Below, one piece after another: positions 11,753 to 25,244 of a stretch of 53,332 bases of DNA. The stretch is from Octopus bimaculoides (Eukaryota). The stretch covers positions 33,628,029 through 33,681,360 of the forward strand of contig NC_068982.1 in NCBI RefSeq assembly GCF_001194135.2, written 5' to 3'. The notes beneath the pieces were generated by a model that was not told the DNA's origin, did not search any database, and saw only the letters and a program-made list of their open reading frames with translations. The first letter of the stretch is position 1, and every line of letters starts with the position of its first letter. The translations under genes were made by a program, and so were the position numbers.

Positions 11753-12784
11753 CTGAAAGGAAAAAGCAATAAAGAAAAGCACCAGTAAGTCTTGCTGAAT
11801 TAGCATAAAACACACCAAAGTTAATGAAGTTATCTACCAATGGGCTTCAGCTGTTTCTCACATACTGAAATGGAAGTTTCCTGCCAGACTACTCAAAAGC
11901 AACATATGTCATTGAAGATCTCTCCAACACATATATTACCAACAGTAAGTTACCTCAAGATTTGCTTGCAGCTTTTGCAAATAAACAGTCTTTTTTTTTT
12001 TCATAAATAGCTGAATAGCTACTAATACTCTAAAAAGTATACATTTCCTTTCAATGATATATTTCTTGTATAAAAGGAATGGTGAAACCAGGACATTGAC
12101 TCATATATTAGACATTTCCCTAGACTAGAGATAAGAAAAAGCTTTTCATCATATAAACAACTTAATACAACCACCATCTGCTATCCAACACTATTAAAAT
12201 GCATTTACTCTTCTAGACTAGCTAAATTTCTGTTAGTTCCACCTAAACATACATGATTATTAAACTATCCACCTCTACAACAATTCACTCTGCCAGACTT
12301 AATACTAAAATGCTTGGCCAAAACATTTTTTAAACAAATCCCTCTGGAACTAACATACTAACTAGATTTCTTTATCTGACTGTTAATCAGTAACCTCCCA
12401 AATCAAAGATTAAATGGTTCAATCATCCAGCTATTGCCCTAAGAAACGTGACATGAACAAACATAATCTCTTTTTCTATGCTAAGCCCTAAGTGTCTATA
12501 ATAATCAAATCAATGATAACAAGCTTAGAAGTAGTTGTGGTGGTGGTGGTGGCGATTTTTGTTTTAATTTTGTATAGAACTTGTAAGCACTTTTAGATTG
12601 ATTAGTAAATTAAAGACAATTTAAGTTACTAATTAGGGGGGAAAAAATGGGGCTGCATTCATCTAACATCTCTTCCAGGATGATCTGAAATTGCATGTGA
12701 GAAGCAGATATCAATTGACCAGCTGAAGGAATAGACATTAAATTTGCATATCCATAGAGAATAACTACCTCTGCATCTTAGAAA

Positions 12785-13430
12785 AAGATTGCTTCCCAAT
12801 CATATGGTTCTGAGTTCAGTTCCACTGCATGGCACCTTGGGCAAGTGTTTTCTGCTGTACTAGAGCTTTGTGAGTGCATTTGGCAGACAGAAACTGAAAG
12901 AAGCTCATTGTATATTATATATGCTGATGACACTTAAAAAACATCCAGTCCACACTGTAAAATAGTTGGCATTTGGAAGGGCATCTAACTGTAAAAACCC
13001 TGTCAAAACTGATCTTGCCTGTGCTTGTGCCACAAAAAAGCACTCAGTCCACTCTGCTGGGTGGTGGGTGTTAGGAAGGGCATCCAGCCATAAAAACCCT
13101 GCCAAAACAGACACAGAAGTCTAGTGCAGGCTCCTGTCTGGCCAGCTCCTGTCAAACTATCCAACTCGTGCCAGCATGGAAGGTGCACATTAAATGATGA
13201 TGATGTGTGTGAGTTTCTTTGTCTATGTGTTTGTCTCCCACCACCACTTGACAACCAGCATTGGTGTGTTTACATTCCATAACTTAGCAGTTCAGTAAAA
13301 AGAGATCAATAGAATAATACCAGGCTTTAAAAAAAAATAATAAGTACTGGAGTTTATTCCTTCATCTAAAAACTTTACAAGGTGGTACCCTTGTTTCAGA
13401 CTAATGGCTAAAACAAGTAAAAGAATAAGG
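12785..13430 (+). mobile_element. SINE family A split by an RTE tail
   Basis: Head 12785-12915, tail half 13205-13430. Confidence 0.75.
12920..13204 (+). mobile_element. Old RTE-type tail nested in a SINE; similar decayed tails at about 18765-18950(+), 23790-24000(-), 42385-42460(+), 49017-49215(-), 50935-51040(+)
   Basis: All share ttggc(a/g)ttaggaagggcatccagc and, where preserved, the catggaa..gttaaa(tga)n end. Confidence 0.75.
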
Positions 13431-13734
13431 GCAAATAAGCGACATGTTCAAAAGAAGTGTATTAGTACTAACAAAAAGCAATATCACAGAAAATACAGAT
13501 CATTCCTGTTTTACCCCTCATCATCAAATAGAAATAAAATTTTAATTGATCTATATAATTATGAAACACAGTGACAAGAAAGTTAAACAATGAAGCAATA
13601 CTGAAGATCTTAAAAGTAATTAGACTGAATTTTCAACAGATAAAACCTAAAGCTAAGCTAATGAATAAAAATGGATACAAAAGATGGCAACCCTAATGAC
13701 TAGTATAGACAACAATTTATGCCAGATTAATAAG

Positions 13735-13945
13735 GAGGCCACAGCAAGGTTACTCAACATGCTAGAAATAGTAGCCAGATCTCACTCAAATCACACCATG
13801 TGATTATAGGAAAGGGATCTCATGTTAGATAATGATGTAGCTCTATGTAATGTATGTAAATGAAGTCGGATGGTTACACCTTGGAGTGCTTTTGATTACA
13901 GGTCTGTTCAATGAAAGCTGGATTCGAGTTAAACATCAACAATAT
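13735..13945 (+). repeat. Old interspersed repeat, probably a SINE body; other copies at about 14130-14325(+), 28000-28200(-), 36075-36170(+), 38515-38600(-), 42735-42910(-)
   Basis: Recurrent acatgctagaaatagcagccaaatctccctcaaatcacac motif. Confidence 0.6.
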
Positions 13946-14566
13946 GAATGTATGCCAGGACGTGGATAACCTAGATATAAATAAGATGCTAGGTGTCATT
14001 TCAATGGAAAAATAATCACCTTTAATCACCATTAAGCTCACTGAGAGGAAGATCTAAAAACGCTAGAACATTAATAATGTCACCAATGACCTGGAGTAAT
14101 ATATCATAAATCAACAAAGGAACCTTTATATGGTTGCTTGACATGCAAGAAATAGTAGGCAAATGTCCCTCAAATCACATCTCACTGTCTTGAAAGGACT
14201 AATATTGTGGTTCTTGATATGCAATGCCTGTGAGGAGATGGGTTTGTCACGGATGAAATGTCTTTCATCCCAGATTTGTTCATTCAGGACCGACCTGGGG
14301 CTAAACATGCACAACATCATATTCTATATGTATAGTCCTGCTATACATTTCTGAAAATAATGATGTAACAAAGCTGTTATCTACATGTAATAACTTATTT
14401 TAACATCTTAGACCTAATTAGCTGTGAAAACAAAAGCAGCAGTACACACATAAATTATTTTTATAAATTAGTCAAAGAAAGTGATGTAGCACTCGTAAAA
14501 TTTGTAGGTTACAGGCATTCAGCTATGAATAAATAGCTCCATCATCTTCCACATGCATGCATGTAT

Positions 14567-14634
<68 letters not shown>

Positions 14635-15659
14635 TACATCTTTTACTTATTTCAGTCTGCTTCTGTTCAACTAAACCCTTATGAGATATTGTCTTGTGTA
14701 TGCTTGCCAACACAAAACAATACACTTGCCATGTTTAATACCAGTATTAGGGAAACTCAACTACTGCATAGCAGAAGTCTGCTCCGCAAATATTAAAACC
14801 TGAAAGATACTGATATCATCTGCAAGTTTCCATGAAAACAGGAGCACTGATAAGCTCTCTCATAGACGAAAAGAGAAGGAAAGAAGCTTAAAATCAATGT
14901 AGGCAGCTTTGCATGTAGTATGGTATTGTTCAGCTAAAGTCTGCAAAACAATGGTAGCAAAAATATATTAACTAAGTGCTCAAAAGTAAAAGAAACAACA
15001 TCTATAAACAAGTAGTGAATGCCTCAAAAAGTACTGATATCCAAATACCTTCCAGAATTGCTGGACTAGAGTAACCCAACAAAAGCTTTGAAGGAAAGCA
15101 CTTCTCATTTGGCAAATAATGGTAATGCATGAATGTTTCCCTAAAGCTTAGAGATTTGGAAATGGCTTGGTTATTGCAAGAGCTGCCAGTCAAAAACTCT
15201 GCTTACGAGATTCCAGGAGCCATCAGGAGACAATGCACACTGTTTTGGAGCCTACCTCTCAACTACTGTACAGTTGCACTCCATCCAACCCCCACCTTCC
15301 ACTTTACTGATGTGAGATCCTGCCTACTAGATCAACTGACTTATTCTATCTTAAGTCCATTTCTGGATTCTCACCATCAATCAAATTGTGGAGTCATGCA
15401 AGTCCAACTTGCCAAACAGGTACCTACCTCACATCACCTCTCCAACCAGACTTCATCGTACCTTTTTTAGTCATATCAAATGGCTGGCTCACTCAACTGT
15501 TGATTGAATTTCCTTCAATTATCATTGATACTGATTGACAGTAGCCACAGTCTCAGCCTGGTTTCAATAAGAAACTAGACTTCTACAAGAAAGTGTACTG
15601 CATTCCAGCCAGCCAACATTAACATGAAGTGTAACCTATCTTGGATTCACAACCCCTAT

Positions 15660-16190
15660 GTTATGTCACATTTTTAAAAATTATACTCATGAAATTCAAG
15701 AGAAGGAGATAGTTACTAAATACCCAATGTACATAAAGATCTATGAAAGCTTTAAACCCCCAAGATGCAGCCAAAAGTGTTGATTTTGTTAGGATTCTGT
15801 GGGAGATATTACATGTGATCAGGAGCTTCCCAAAAATGTCATCAATGTACAACCTCTCATTAAATTATGTTGTTAAAACAATATACAATGTTATGGATAG
15901 GAAAAACCAAACTGGGATAAATATAGAGAATAATCCTGTTATTGAAAACATACATATCAAAGCAAGAAATATTGGTAGAACACTCATCAAAACTTCTGCC
16001 AAGTGCAAATGCATCAAACCTGATATAGTTGTTTGCAACAGAATAGAAAAACTTTGCTGTCCTGCAAATGTGAGCATTTTTTCACAAAGAAAGAGAATAT
16101 TTACAGACAACTGCTTTGAAACCTAGAGCTTCCCTACCCAGATTATAAATTCACATTTGTATCATTGCAGCGGTTTGTACTTGACACACT
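15660..16190 (+). mobile_element. Decayed C-terminal region of an RLE-type non-LTR retrotransposon (zinc knuckle plus restriction-like endonuclease)
   Basis: Across frameshifts and stops: EIQEKEIVTKY..KC*FC*DSVGDI/HVIRSFPKMS (CCHC remnant), KPDIVV..NVSI (PD-(D/E)xK remnant), YPDYKF. Confidence 0.6.
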
Positions 16191-17734
16191 CCTCTATCAC
16201 TCAATTTTACCATTGTTCACCTCTATTAGTATTCAGGTATATCAAGGCACAATTAAAACTAGCTATAACATTTTTACAGGACATAGAAATGGAATTTAAT
16301 CACATGCGGAAAGATTGCTGACCACAGAAAATGGACATCAGTGACTTATCTATCTCCCCCTGTCTCAAATGACAAATGTTATTTTGGAATTGACAATATT
16401 ACATACAGTGAGTAGAGATATAATGACAAAGGAATTAACAGAAGCACAAATGCAGTTACAATATCTGTTACGTGTATGAGAATAGTTGACCAGATCTTTG
16501 TGAACTTTTCAATGAAAGCAACTGAGACAGCATGTACTTTTCCCAAGTGCAGTGACTTCAACTATGAGTGAGAAAAGGGTCAAATGTCTCTCTGTAATAA
16601 CCATACTATCAGTATTGTCAATTTCATGCTACCATGAAATCAGTGTAAATTCAACCAAAAATATGGGATATTGCTGGCATGTACCATGTAAAACAGAGAT
16701 GGGGAGAGTTTCCACAAAATCCTCAAATTAAATGGGGGGGAAATGTTATGCAACATGACTGGGGAAGAGCACATGCAAAAACAGAACCAGCATTCTGTCT
16801 ATAGATTATACTTTTTGTTGTCTGCAGAATTGAACTATGTAGCTACAGCAAATGCTGTTCAACCATTCAGTGACACCTAGCACATATCTGTTGTATTACA
16901 GGGCCAGTGTGTTTGTGTCTGTGTGGACATGCATGCACACACACGTGTGAACATTATGTAATTTGAGATGAGAGATTCAGTTAAATTTGTCATGTGAAAT
17001 ATATCAATACAGAAGAATAACAGTTAAATAACCAAATGGCATTATGCAAACTAGATTTTTGCATGACCTTATTATGTTGTATTTATTTTTATATTTTATT
17101 TGCAATAACAATCAAATATTAAAATGGTCTGAAATAAACAATTATTACACCAAATTTTTCAATGTATATCAGAACAATTGATACAACTCTATAATATTTC
17201 ATGCATAGTGATTTTGTAAAATAGACTAAAGAAACATCAATTCAGATAATTCACTACCAGTTTACAGTCATTAGGGCCTCATAAACGAAGTGACAAAAGA
17301 ATAGAATGAGTAACTATGATTTATGTGTCAGCTCTATCCAACCCATGTTTACATAGAAAACAGATGTTAAAGCAATGATGATATACATCTAATCATTGGA
17401 TTCATCATGTGTTTACCAGCTACATAGACATTTTTTTTTTTTGTAACTTCAATTTCAGAGCTTCATTTATTTAAAATGTCAACATCTTTTACTAACCATT
17501 AGAGATATAAATTCTTCTTCCTAAAGCACTGTTAAACTTGGATAATATATAGCTATGTTATAGGTTATGCAAGTTCAAACACAGATCAGTATAATTCATA
17601 AGAACATCACATATACTCATGAACTATTTCTAAATGCACATGGAGATATCAACACTTTGAACCAACATTTTAACATGCGTGCAGAGAGAAACACATCAAC
17701 TCCTATGTAAAATAACTCTTTCAAATTCCATTTT

Positions 17735-18396
17735 CACAAGGGTGAATTGAAAAGTTCATAGGATGAGTATGAAGGGGTAATGCAAGAAATGCAAAATATT
17801 GCATGCATTTCAACTCTTATTAATAACTGCATTTTTTTCTTTCCAGATAAACTGACACCTGATTGCTCAAAGAATACTTCAAAAGTAACTAGTATTGACT
17901 TCTCTTGAAAATGGACAAAATTTAGCATCTTCAAAAAGGTCACATCCTCAATGGAGAGTACTATGCCAACTTGTTGAGCCAGTTACTAAAGACTATCAAA
18001 ACCAAACACCCAGGAAAATTGACAAAAGGCGTCTTGTTTCATCAGGACAATGCTCCAGCATACAAGACCTTGCTTTCAATGGCTGCTGTGCATGACTGTG
18101 GTTTTGAACTGGTTGATCCCCCTCCATATTCTCCTGATTTGGTCCTATCTGACTATCATCTATTCCTCAACATGAAAAAAAAAAAAAAGACTTGGCTGGG
18201 AACCAGTATTGCAGTAATGATTGCCTCATATTTGATCAACAAGATAAAAACTTTTTCACTAATGGGATACAAGCACTGCAATAGTGATGGAAGCAGTGTG
18301 TGAATCGCAAAGGGTATTATGTTGAAAAATAAGTCATTTGGTCATATTCCATGAGAGTATCTTATCAGCTTATGAATTCTTCAGCCGACGCTCATA
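17735..18396 (+). mobile_element. Internally deleted mariner transposon
   Basis: GVLFHQDNAPAY and PPYSPDLVLSDYHLF transposase motifs; imperfect TIRs (gggtgaattgaaaagttcataggatga / tcagcttatgaattcttcagccgacgctc). Confidence 0.88.
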
Positions 18397-19030
18397 TAAT
18401 GTTTTTCACAAACAACATCACAAAACAATTAATTTTACACTATATATGTATATCTATATAGGTGTGGCTGAGTGATAAGAAACTTACTTCCCAACCACAT
18501 GGTTCCAAGTTCAGTCCAACCTCATGGCAGGGACAAGTGTCTTCTACTTCTATAATCAAAAGCTTGTGAGAAGATTTGGTACATCACTATGCACATTTCT
18601 ACAAATCATATAATTTTGACATCAGAGTCAGTATTCTTGGGATTAGTACAGTATAGTCCGTATTATCCATGGGCATCCAATTGATCATCATCACTGATTC
18701 ATTTCATCAGGTGATAGTGCATTATTGAATGAATCACAGAGGAATGCCAGTGTAATGTTAAAAACACTCAGTACATTTTGTAAAGTGATCGGCATTAGGA
18801 AGGGCATCCAGCCACAGAAACCATGCCAAAACAAATGAAATGGAGCCTGGGAAGCTCTCCAGTTCTAGTCAAACTGGCCAACCTATGCCAGCAGGGAGAA
18901 CAGACATTAGAGGAGACGACAACGGTGACAATGACAACAGAGATGATGACAACTAATAACCTGCTGTTAGAATTCAATAAACATATGCTTTAGAGTAAGG
19001 CAAGTACAAAGTGTAATATGAAATTAAAAG

Positions 19031-19244
19031 AATGACAAGGGAACAGGAATTATATGAACAACTGCATTAGTTTACAACTGTTTTGCTAAAAGATCAGGTG
19101 CACTCAAAGCTGAGTGCTTGTGTATCACTTTATAGCTTCCAAAATGTTAGAAGCATCGAGAAAGCTCAGAGCTCACTGCATCTTATAGCAGAAACAGCTG
19201 TAAGCTAATGAAGTTGATTATGTAATTCCTGTTCCATTGTCATT
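19031..19244. repeat. Foldback element with 64/65-bp inverted arms
   Basis: 19031-19094 is approximately the reverse complement of 19180-19244; internal hairpin GCACTC-aaagct-GAGTGC. Confidence 0.8.
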
Positions 19245-19793
19245 TATTTAACCCTTAGGAGATGACAGGGCTGGTCTATTGGTCAAAAAGTCAAGTGACA
19301 AAGAAGATTGTATTAGTTCATTCAATTTCCTACAAGAATATATATAGTATTATTATTTTTTTATTTTTATTTTTTTTTTTGAAAAACAAGTGCATGCCCT
19401 CTGTAGGGCTTGTGAAATGGGCTGCACCTTCTTGGCACTGAAACTCCAAACGAAGCTCTATCTCAAAAGGGCTAATATAAATCAATAAATGAAGGCAACA
19501 AGCTGGCAGAACCATGAGCATACCAGGCAAAAATGCCTAGTGCCATTTTCTCCTTTACGTTCTGAGTTCAAATTCCACCAAGGTCAACTTTGCCTGTCAT
19601 CTTTTTAGGGTCAACAAAATAAGCACCAGCTGAGCTTTGAGATCAATGTAATCAATTTATTCCTCTCCCAAAATTACTGGTCTTGTGCCAAAACTTTCAA
19701 CCAACATACATTAGTAAGTATTTACTGTGTAACATACAACATGCCTCATTTTTTAAATAAGGCCTCAATTGCTCTAATATCAAGCACTTTTAA

Positions 19794-20007
19794 CTCTTTC
19801 AATACCAACCTGGCTGAAACCTCTGGCTCTGTAGTACAAATGTCTTGTTTTCATAATTTTCAAATTAAAATCTTCCACCAAACCTTAGTCACAATTTATG
19901 TTCGTACACTAGCTTAATGATAACTTATTTTACTAAATTCTTTGTTATATTTAGAATTAATTGAAAGAAACACAAAGCATCTCAAAATAAATACAGTAAC
20001 AAAAGGG
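19794..20007. mobile_element. piggyBac-like MITE, family 1
   Basis: TTAA|CTCTTTC...AAAAGGG|TTAA; similar throughout to 22023-22242. Confidence 0.82.
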
Positions 20008-22022
20008 TTAAAGTAATAGCAACGGCCAATTTTCTACATTACTTTCCATGTGTTTTCCTTGGCAATAATTATAATTCCATGTCTCATAATGGCCTTTCAA
20101 CTAAAAGCACATTCTTATACATAAATCATTGTAGTCATTTAAAGAGGGCTTAAAATTGTGTCACACAACACAGTATTTCTCACATGTTTAATCATGAGAT
20201 ACAAACATTCTAAACAGCAACTGAGAAAACATTGAGAATTGCTCTCCCTGATTATTACAACATTTGCTGTTCATTATTCTTCAAAGTTCATCTGAACTCT
20301 CAAATATATATATATATATACTTTTTAAGTCAGCATAATTATGCTAAAAAGATAAATTTTGAAAACACATACTTTGAGGAGACCTAAATATACCACTGTC
20401 CACTGTTTTGAATCACAAAAATTAATGTATAGCTGCATATGTGAGTGCATCTATAAGTAGATATTTGGATGAATATGAGCATCTGTGTGTATTTATATCT
20501 TATGCATGTGTGTGTATGTATTTGGGGGTACACATGGACATGTATAAGTCTTATATTGAGAGAGCTTCATAAAGGCCATACATTTCACAAGTATGTAATA
20601 TTTAATGTAATATTTAATGAAATGCAATGTAATATTTAATGAAACAGTTGACCTTACAATGGAAAAGAAGTGGCCAGTTTTGAGTATACTATATCTCTTA
20701 TATTGTGGAATACACTTTACAGAAAAGACAAAACTGAAGAAAAAAGAATTGTCTTATTCCATACAACAGATACTAAACAGTTCTGCCAACCAAAATTCCC
20801 AGACTTGAACTTTCTGGTGCTTTTTTTTCCACCTACACTCTCTTTTCACCCTTGTTTTGTTGCAATACAATAACCTTGTTTCAATTAATTTGGAAAACAA
20901 TGAAGAATCTAGTAAAATAACTTTGTCATTATTAAACTGGTGTTAGAAACATAAATTAACACAAAATTTTGGTGAAAGATTTTTAATTAGACAGAAAGTT
21001 TGTAATATAGACATCACATTAGACAGAAAGTTTGTAATATAGAACTAGGAGTAGTCTCAGGTGAGTTGGTACTAAAAAGGTTACTAACAAAACTTACAAT
21101 TCAAACTATCAATTTGACCAATGACTAACAACAGCAACTTCTGTAAGTCAAATAATTTCAGAAGTCTAAGTAGGCTTAAAAAGGTTGTAAGCTTGCCTCA
21201 CAGTAAGCTGCCAAACCAAAACAGGGTTTCTATGTGAACACTCAACCTCTTAAAAATAGCATTCAGATCTCCTTTAAAACATGGTCAGTTGACTTTAAAG
21301 AGGAAGGCGTAAGCATCCAGGATAGAATAGTCCTAAATATACCATACTTTCAGGGTGCAGTCATGGCTGTGTGGCAAGAAGTTTGCTTCCCAATTACACA
21401 GTTCTGGGTTCAGCCTCACTGTGTGGCACCTTGGGCATGTATCCTCTACTAAAGCTCCAGTCTGACCAAAGCCATGTGAGAAGATTTGATAGACGGACAC
21501 TGAAAGAAGCTGAAGATTTTCTTAGAAAAAAGACACTAAAAATTCAATAATACATTTCAGAAAGAACAGAGTACTCAATGGTCATGCATTCTTTGATGAC
21601 TCTCTTACAAAAATTCACGTTTCTTAGTTTGTCTTAGGAAATATTTTCTTCTAAGTAGTGTAAAGGCACAGTTTTAGCTAAATAAAAGTACAACTTCTGG
21701 ACAGCCATTTGGTGTTACTACTTTATGGCATTTAGCAAGGTAAAATATGGAGAAAATACAACTAGAACAATTGTCTCTATTTGTACATTTGGCAATAAAT
21801 CAGCAAAAAAAGCAAATTTATGATAACGGGCATCATTAGAAAATTCGGAGAAGTCAGTCTAACTAGCAAACTTCATAAATTCACTTGTAACAATTTTACT
21901 TCTTATAATAATCATGTAATTTTTGTGTTGTTAAATACTTCACAATAAAAGAGTGTGTGTGTATGTATACCATTACTAAAAGCAATCTCCTCTATATAGA
22001 TTTCCCCATAACGTGTGTTTAA

Positions 22023-22242
22023 CCCTTTCATTACCAATCCGGCTGAAACCAGCTCTGGTTCTGAGTACAAATGTCCTGTTTTCAAAAGTTTTGAATTAAA
22101 ATCTTCCACCAAACCTTAGTCACAATTTATGTTCCTAACACTAGCTGAATGATAACTAAGTTATTTTACTAAATTCTTTGTTATATTTAAAGTAATTGAA
22201 AGAAACACAGAGCATCTCAAAATAAATACAGTAACGAAAGGG
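22023..22242. mobile_element. piggyBac-like MITE, family 1
   Basis: TTAA|CCCTTTCATTAC ... GTAACGAAAGGG|TTAA; 220 bp. Confidence 0.85.
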
Positions 22243-23007
22243 TTAAAATAATCAAGGTGATTACACTCAATGCAAAAAGTACATTCCAAAAGGTTTGTGC
22301 CATTATTTTTTTATCTTTATTTTTTTTTTTAAAGAGCTAATAATTTTTAAGAAAATCTTTCAAATATTATGACTGTATCAAGTTTTTTTTTTTAACTTTT
22401 AAATATATGTAAATATACAGAAGTATATATGCATTATAAACTTGATTTTCACTTACATAAACAGGAGATTCTTGGGGCGAAAACACCATACAACAACCCT
22501 CTGAAATAAAATGAGAAATAAATAAAGAATGTATCATTGTTCAAAAACACATGTATATGACAAAAAAAAAAAGAAGAAAAAATCACAATTTTCCACCAAT
22601 ACAAATAGAAAGCATACACAGAAAAAAAAAGCAATAATGAAGCAACAAAGCTTTTTATAAGATAGACACACCCAAAAACAATAAAAACATAATGATGATT
22701 CAAATTTGAATGAAAGTTATGTACACTGACATCATATGTGTATACAATCAACTAAACTATGTATTATTTATGTGGGAGGGTCTGTGAGAATTGTAAAAAG
22801 AAGATAAAAACTTGCAAGGTTTAAAAAAATTGAATGTTTTTTTTTTTACCTAAATGTTCTAAACTTGTCAAACATCATGGCGAAGACAGAGAATTATACA
22901 TGGATGCAAAGGGGATGGATGTCAATAACAATTGAAGTGGGGGAATAATTGGTATTTATCAATTTGAGGACCACTGGACTCAATGAAATAATATTCCTAA
23001 CAGTAAA

Positions 23008-23468
23008 TCTTTAATTAAGGCTGCAAGCTGGTAGAATTGTTATCATGTTGGGCAAAATGCTTAACAATTGTCCATCTTTACGTTCTGAGTTGAAAATATC
23101 CATCGAGGTTGACTTTGCCTTTCATCCTTTTGGGGTTGATAAAGTAAGTACCAGTTAAGCACAGGGGTCGATGTAATCGACTTAAACCCAACTCGCAAAA
23201 TTGCTGGCCTTTTGCCAAAATTGGACATCAATATTAAATTGCTAGTTAAGGTGGTGAACTTGGCAGAAGAATTAGCATGCCAGGCAAAATGCTTAGCGGA
23301 ACTTCATCCATCTTTATGTTCTGAGTTCAAATTCTGCTGAGATTGACTTTGCTTTCATCCTTTTAAGGTCAATAAAATAAGAACTATTTGAACACTGGTG
23401 TCAACACAAATGACTTAACCCCTCCCCCAAAATTACTGGCCTAGTGCCAAAATTTGAAGCCAATATTA
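23008..23468 (+). mobile_element. Two head-to-tail SINE family B copies; single copies at about 2340-2512(-), 19490-19705(+), 27732-27930(-), 35830-36040(-), 51083-51285(+)
   Basis: Same diagnostic motifs. Confidence 0.8.
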
Positions 23469-24960
23469 AATCACTAATTAATATTTTGTTTTATCATTAG
23501 TGATATTAGCAATGACACTTATTTGGAAAGCTTCCGTTTGGATGTTTTCTGAGAAGAAAATTCCTACCTGAGACACTGATTTAAGAGAATGTTTATAACA
23601 GTAGTAACAAATTGACTTACTAATGAGAAATTACAAGCTGGCAGAGTTATGGTAGAAGAGGAAAGTTGGGAGGGGGGGGGGTTAATGAAATAAAAGTATT
23701 TCTGCTCCAGGAATTGATGTTGCGCCAAAAATATACTACACTGATGCTTCCAAAGATTATTTACAGGTTGTGAGTATGCATGCATGCAGTGTCATCATCA
23801 TCATCATCATCATTGACCATCAGCTTTCCATGCTGGCATGGGTTGGACAATTTGACAGGATCCAACAAGTCACAGGGCTGTGTAGTGCTCCAGGGTCTGC
23901 TTTGGCACACTTTCAATGGATACTTTTCCTAATACCAACCACTTTACAAGGTGTACTGGATGCTTTTTATCATGCCACTAGCCTTGGTGAAGGTTGCTAA
24001 GTAACTTGCAAGACAGAAGAAAAGAAAAAGGAAATGCCTCCTCGGCTAAGTGGAGAGGGGGGAGGTATTTGATGATTTGGTACTAGATTCTAATTTTAAG
24101 TATTCAAATTTGAATTAACCTCATGGGCATTATTAAATTTAAAACAAAGAAGACAAGCCTTTAAATTGTTAAACTGCAATAATAAAAATACTGAATGAAA
24201 ATAGCATGCACAGACCAGCCATCCAAATCAATGACAAAAGAACAATAAAAGACACAAAAAGCCAATTAGCAACATTTTGTTCAGTTCTAGGAAGTTTTTT
24301 GTTCAGTTCTAAGAAGTTTTTTTTTTTTTTTCTTTTGCTTTTATCGATAAATACATAACCTGCTTAATAACTATGCTTAATCTGAAATGAAAAAGAGTTG
24401 GAAAACAAAAAGTAATTAAAAAAAAAAGGGGGAAAAAAAAGAACAATGCATGAGCAATGATAAAAAGATATTTTTATTGCAAGCTAAACAAACAAGCTGT
24501 TTATCACATTTTGTTAATATCAACATTAATTGGAAAAAACAACAGTGTGATTGATTGATAGATGGATGGATGGATGGATGGAGACAGATAGACAGACATA
24601 AATTGATATAAACAGATATAAATACATGCATACATAATCACTTCAGTTTCAACACATGGTCCTAGTCCAAATCACTTGCTAGGCTAGGCAAATACAACTG
24701 ATGCCCAAACACACACAAACAAGCATGCACTTGCATACACACACATACAAACAAACAAACAAACAAACAAACAATACATTCACATTAGGGGCCTGATTTT
24801 GCTTGTTATAGTCACAACAGTTTACCTGCTGTATCCTCTGGCCATCTTCAAGGGCCTGTTGTATTCAGTAATATGAAGCAATGTAATAGTGTATATAAGC
24901 ATTGATTTAGTGCAAGGTGCAATAGTTAAGCTAGTGGACATGAATTCAGACCTTAGTTCA

Positions 24961-25012
<52 letters not shown>

Positions 25013-25213
25013 GATAAAGGAAACAGAAAATGGATTTAGTACGAATCTTTATTCTTCCATTTCCTTTATAAATTATAAACTCGACAAATACTGCAGATTT
25101 CTTGACAGTAATCCACTGAAAATTGTATCATTACTGTGGATGACATCAGGTAGCCCAAATGGTGAATGTGCTTTAACCAACATAGTAATAGACATACACC
25201 CTATGTCCAAGTA

Positions 25214-25244
<31 letters not shown>

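Noticed and set aside
15743-16126. 127-aa ORF as a nested host gene
   Set aside because: It is better explained as frameshifted remnants of an RLE retrotransposon.
17971-18303. Mariner ORF as a functional or domesticated transposase
   Set aside because: Only the C-terminal catalytic fragment remains, motifs are degraded, a poly-A run disrupts the frame, and the element is about 660 bp.
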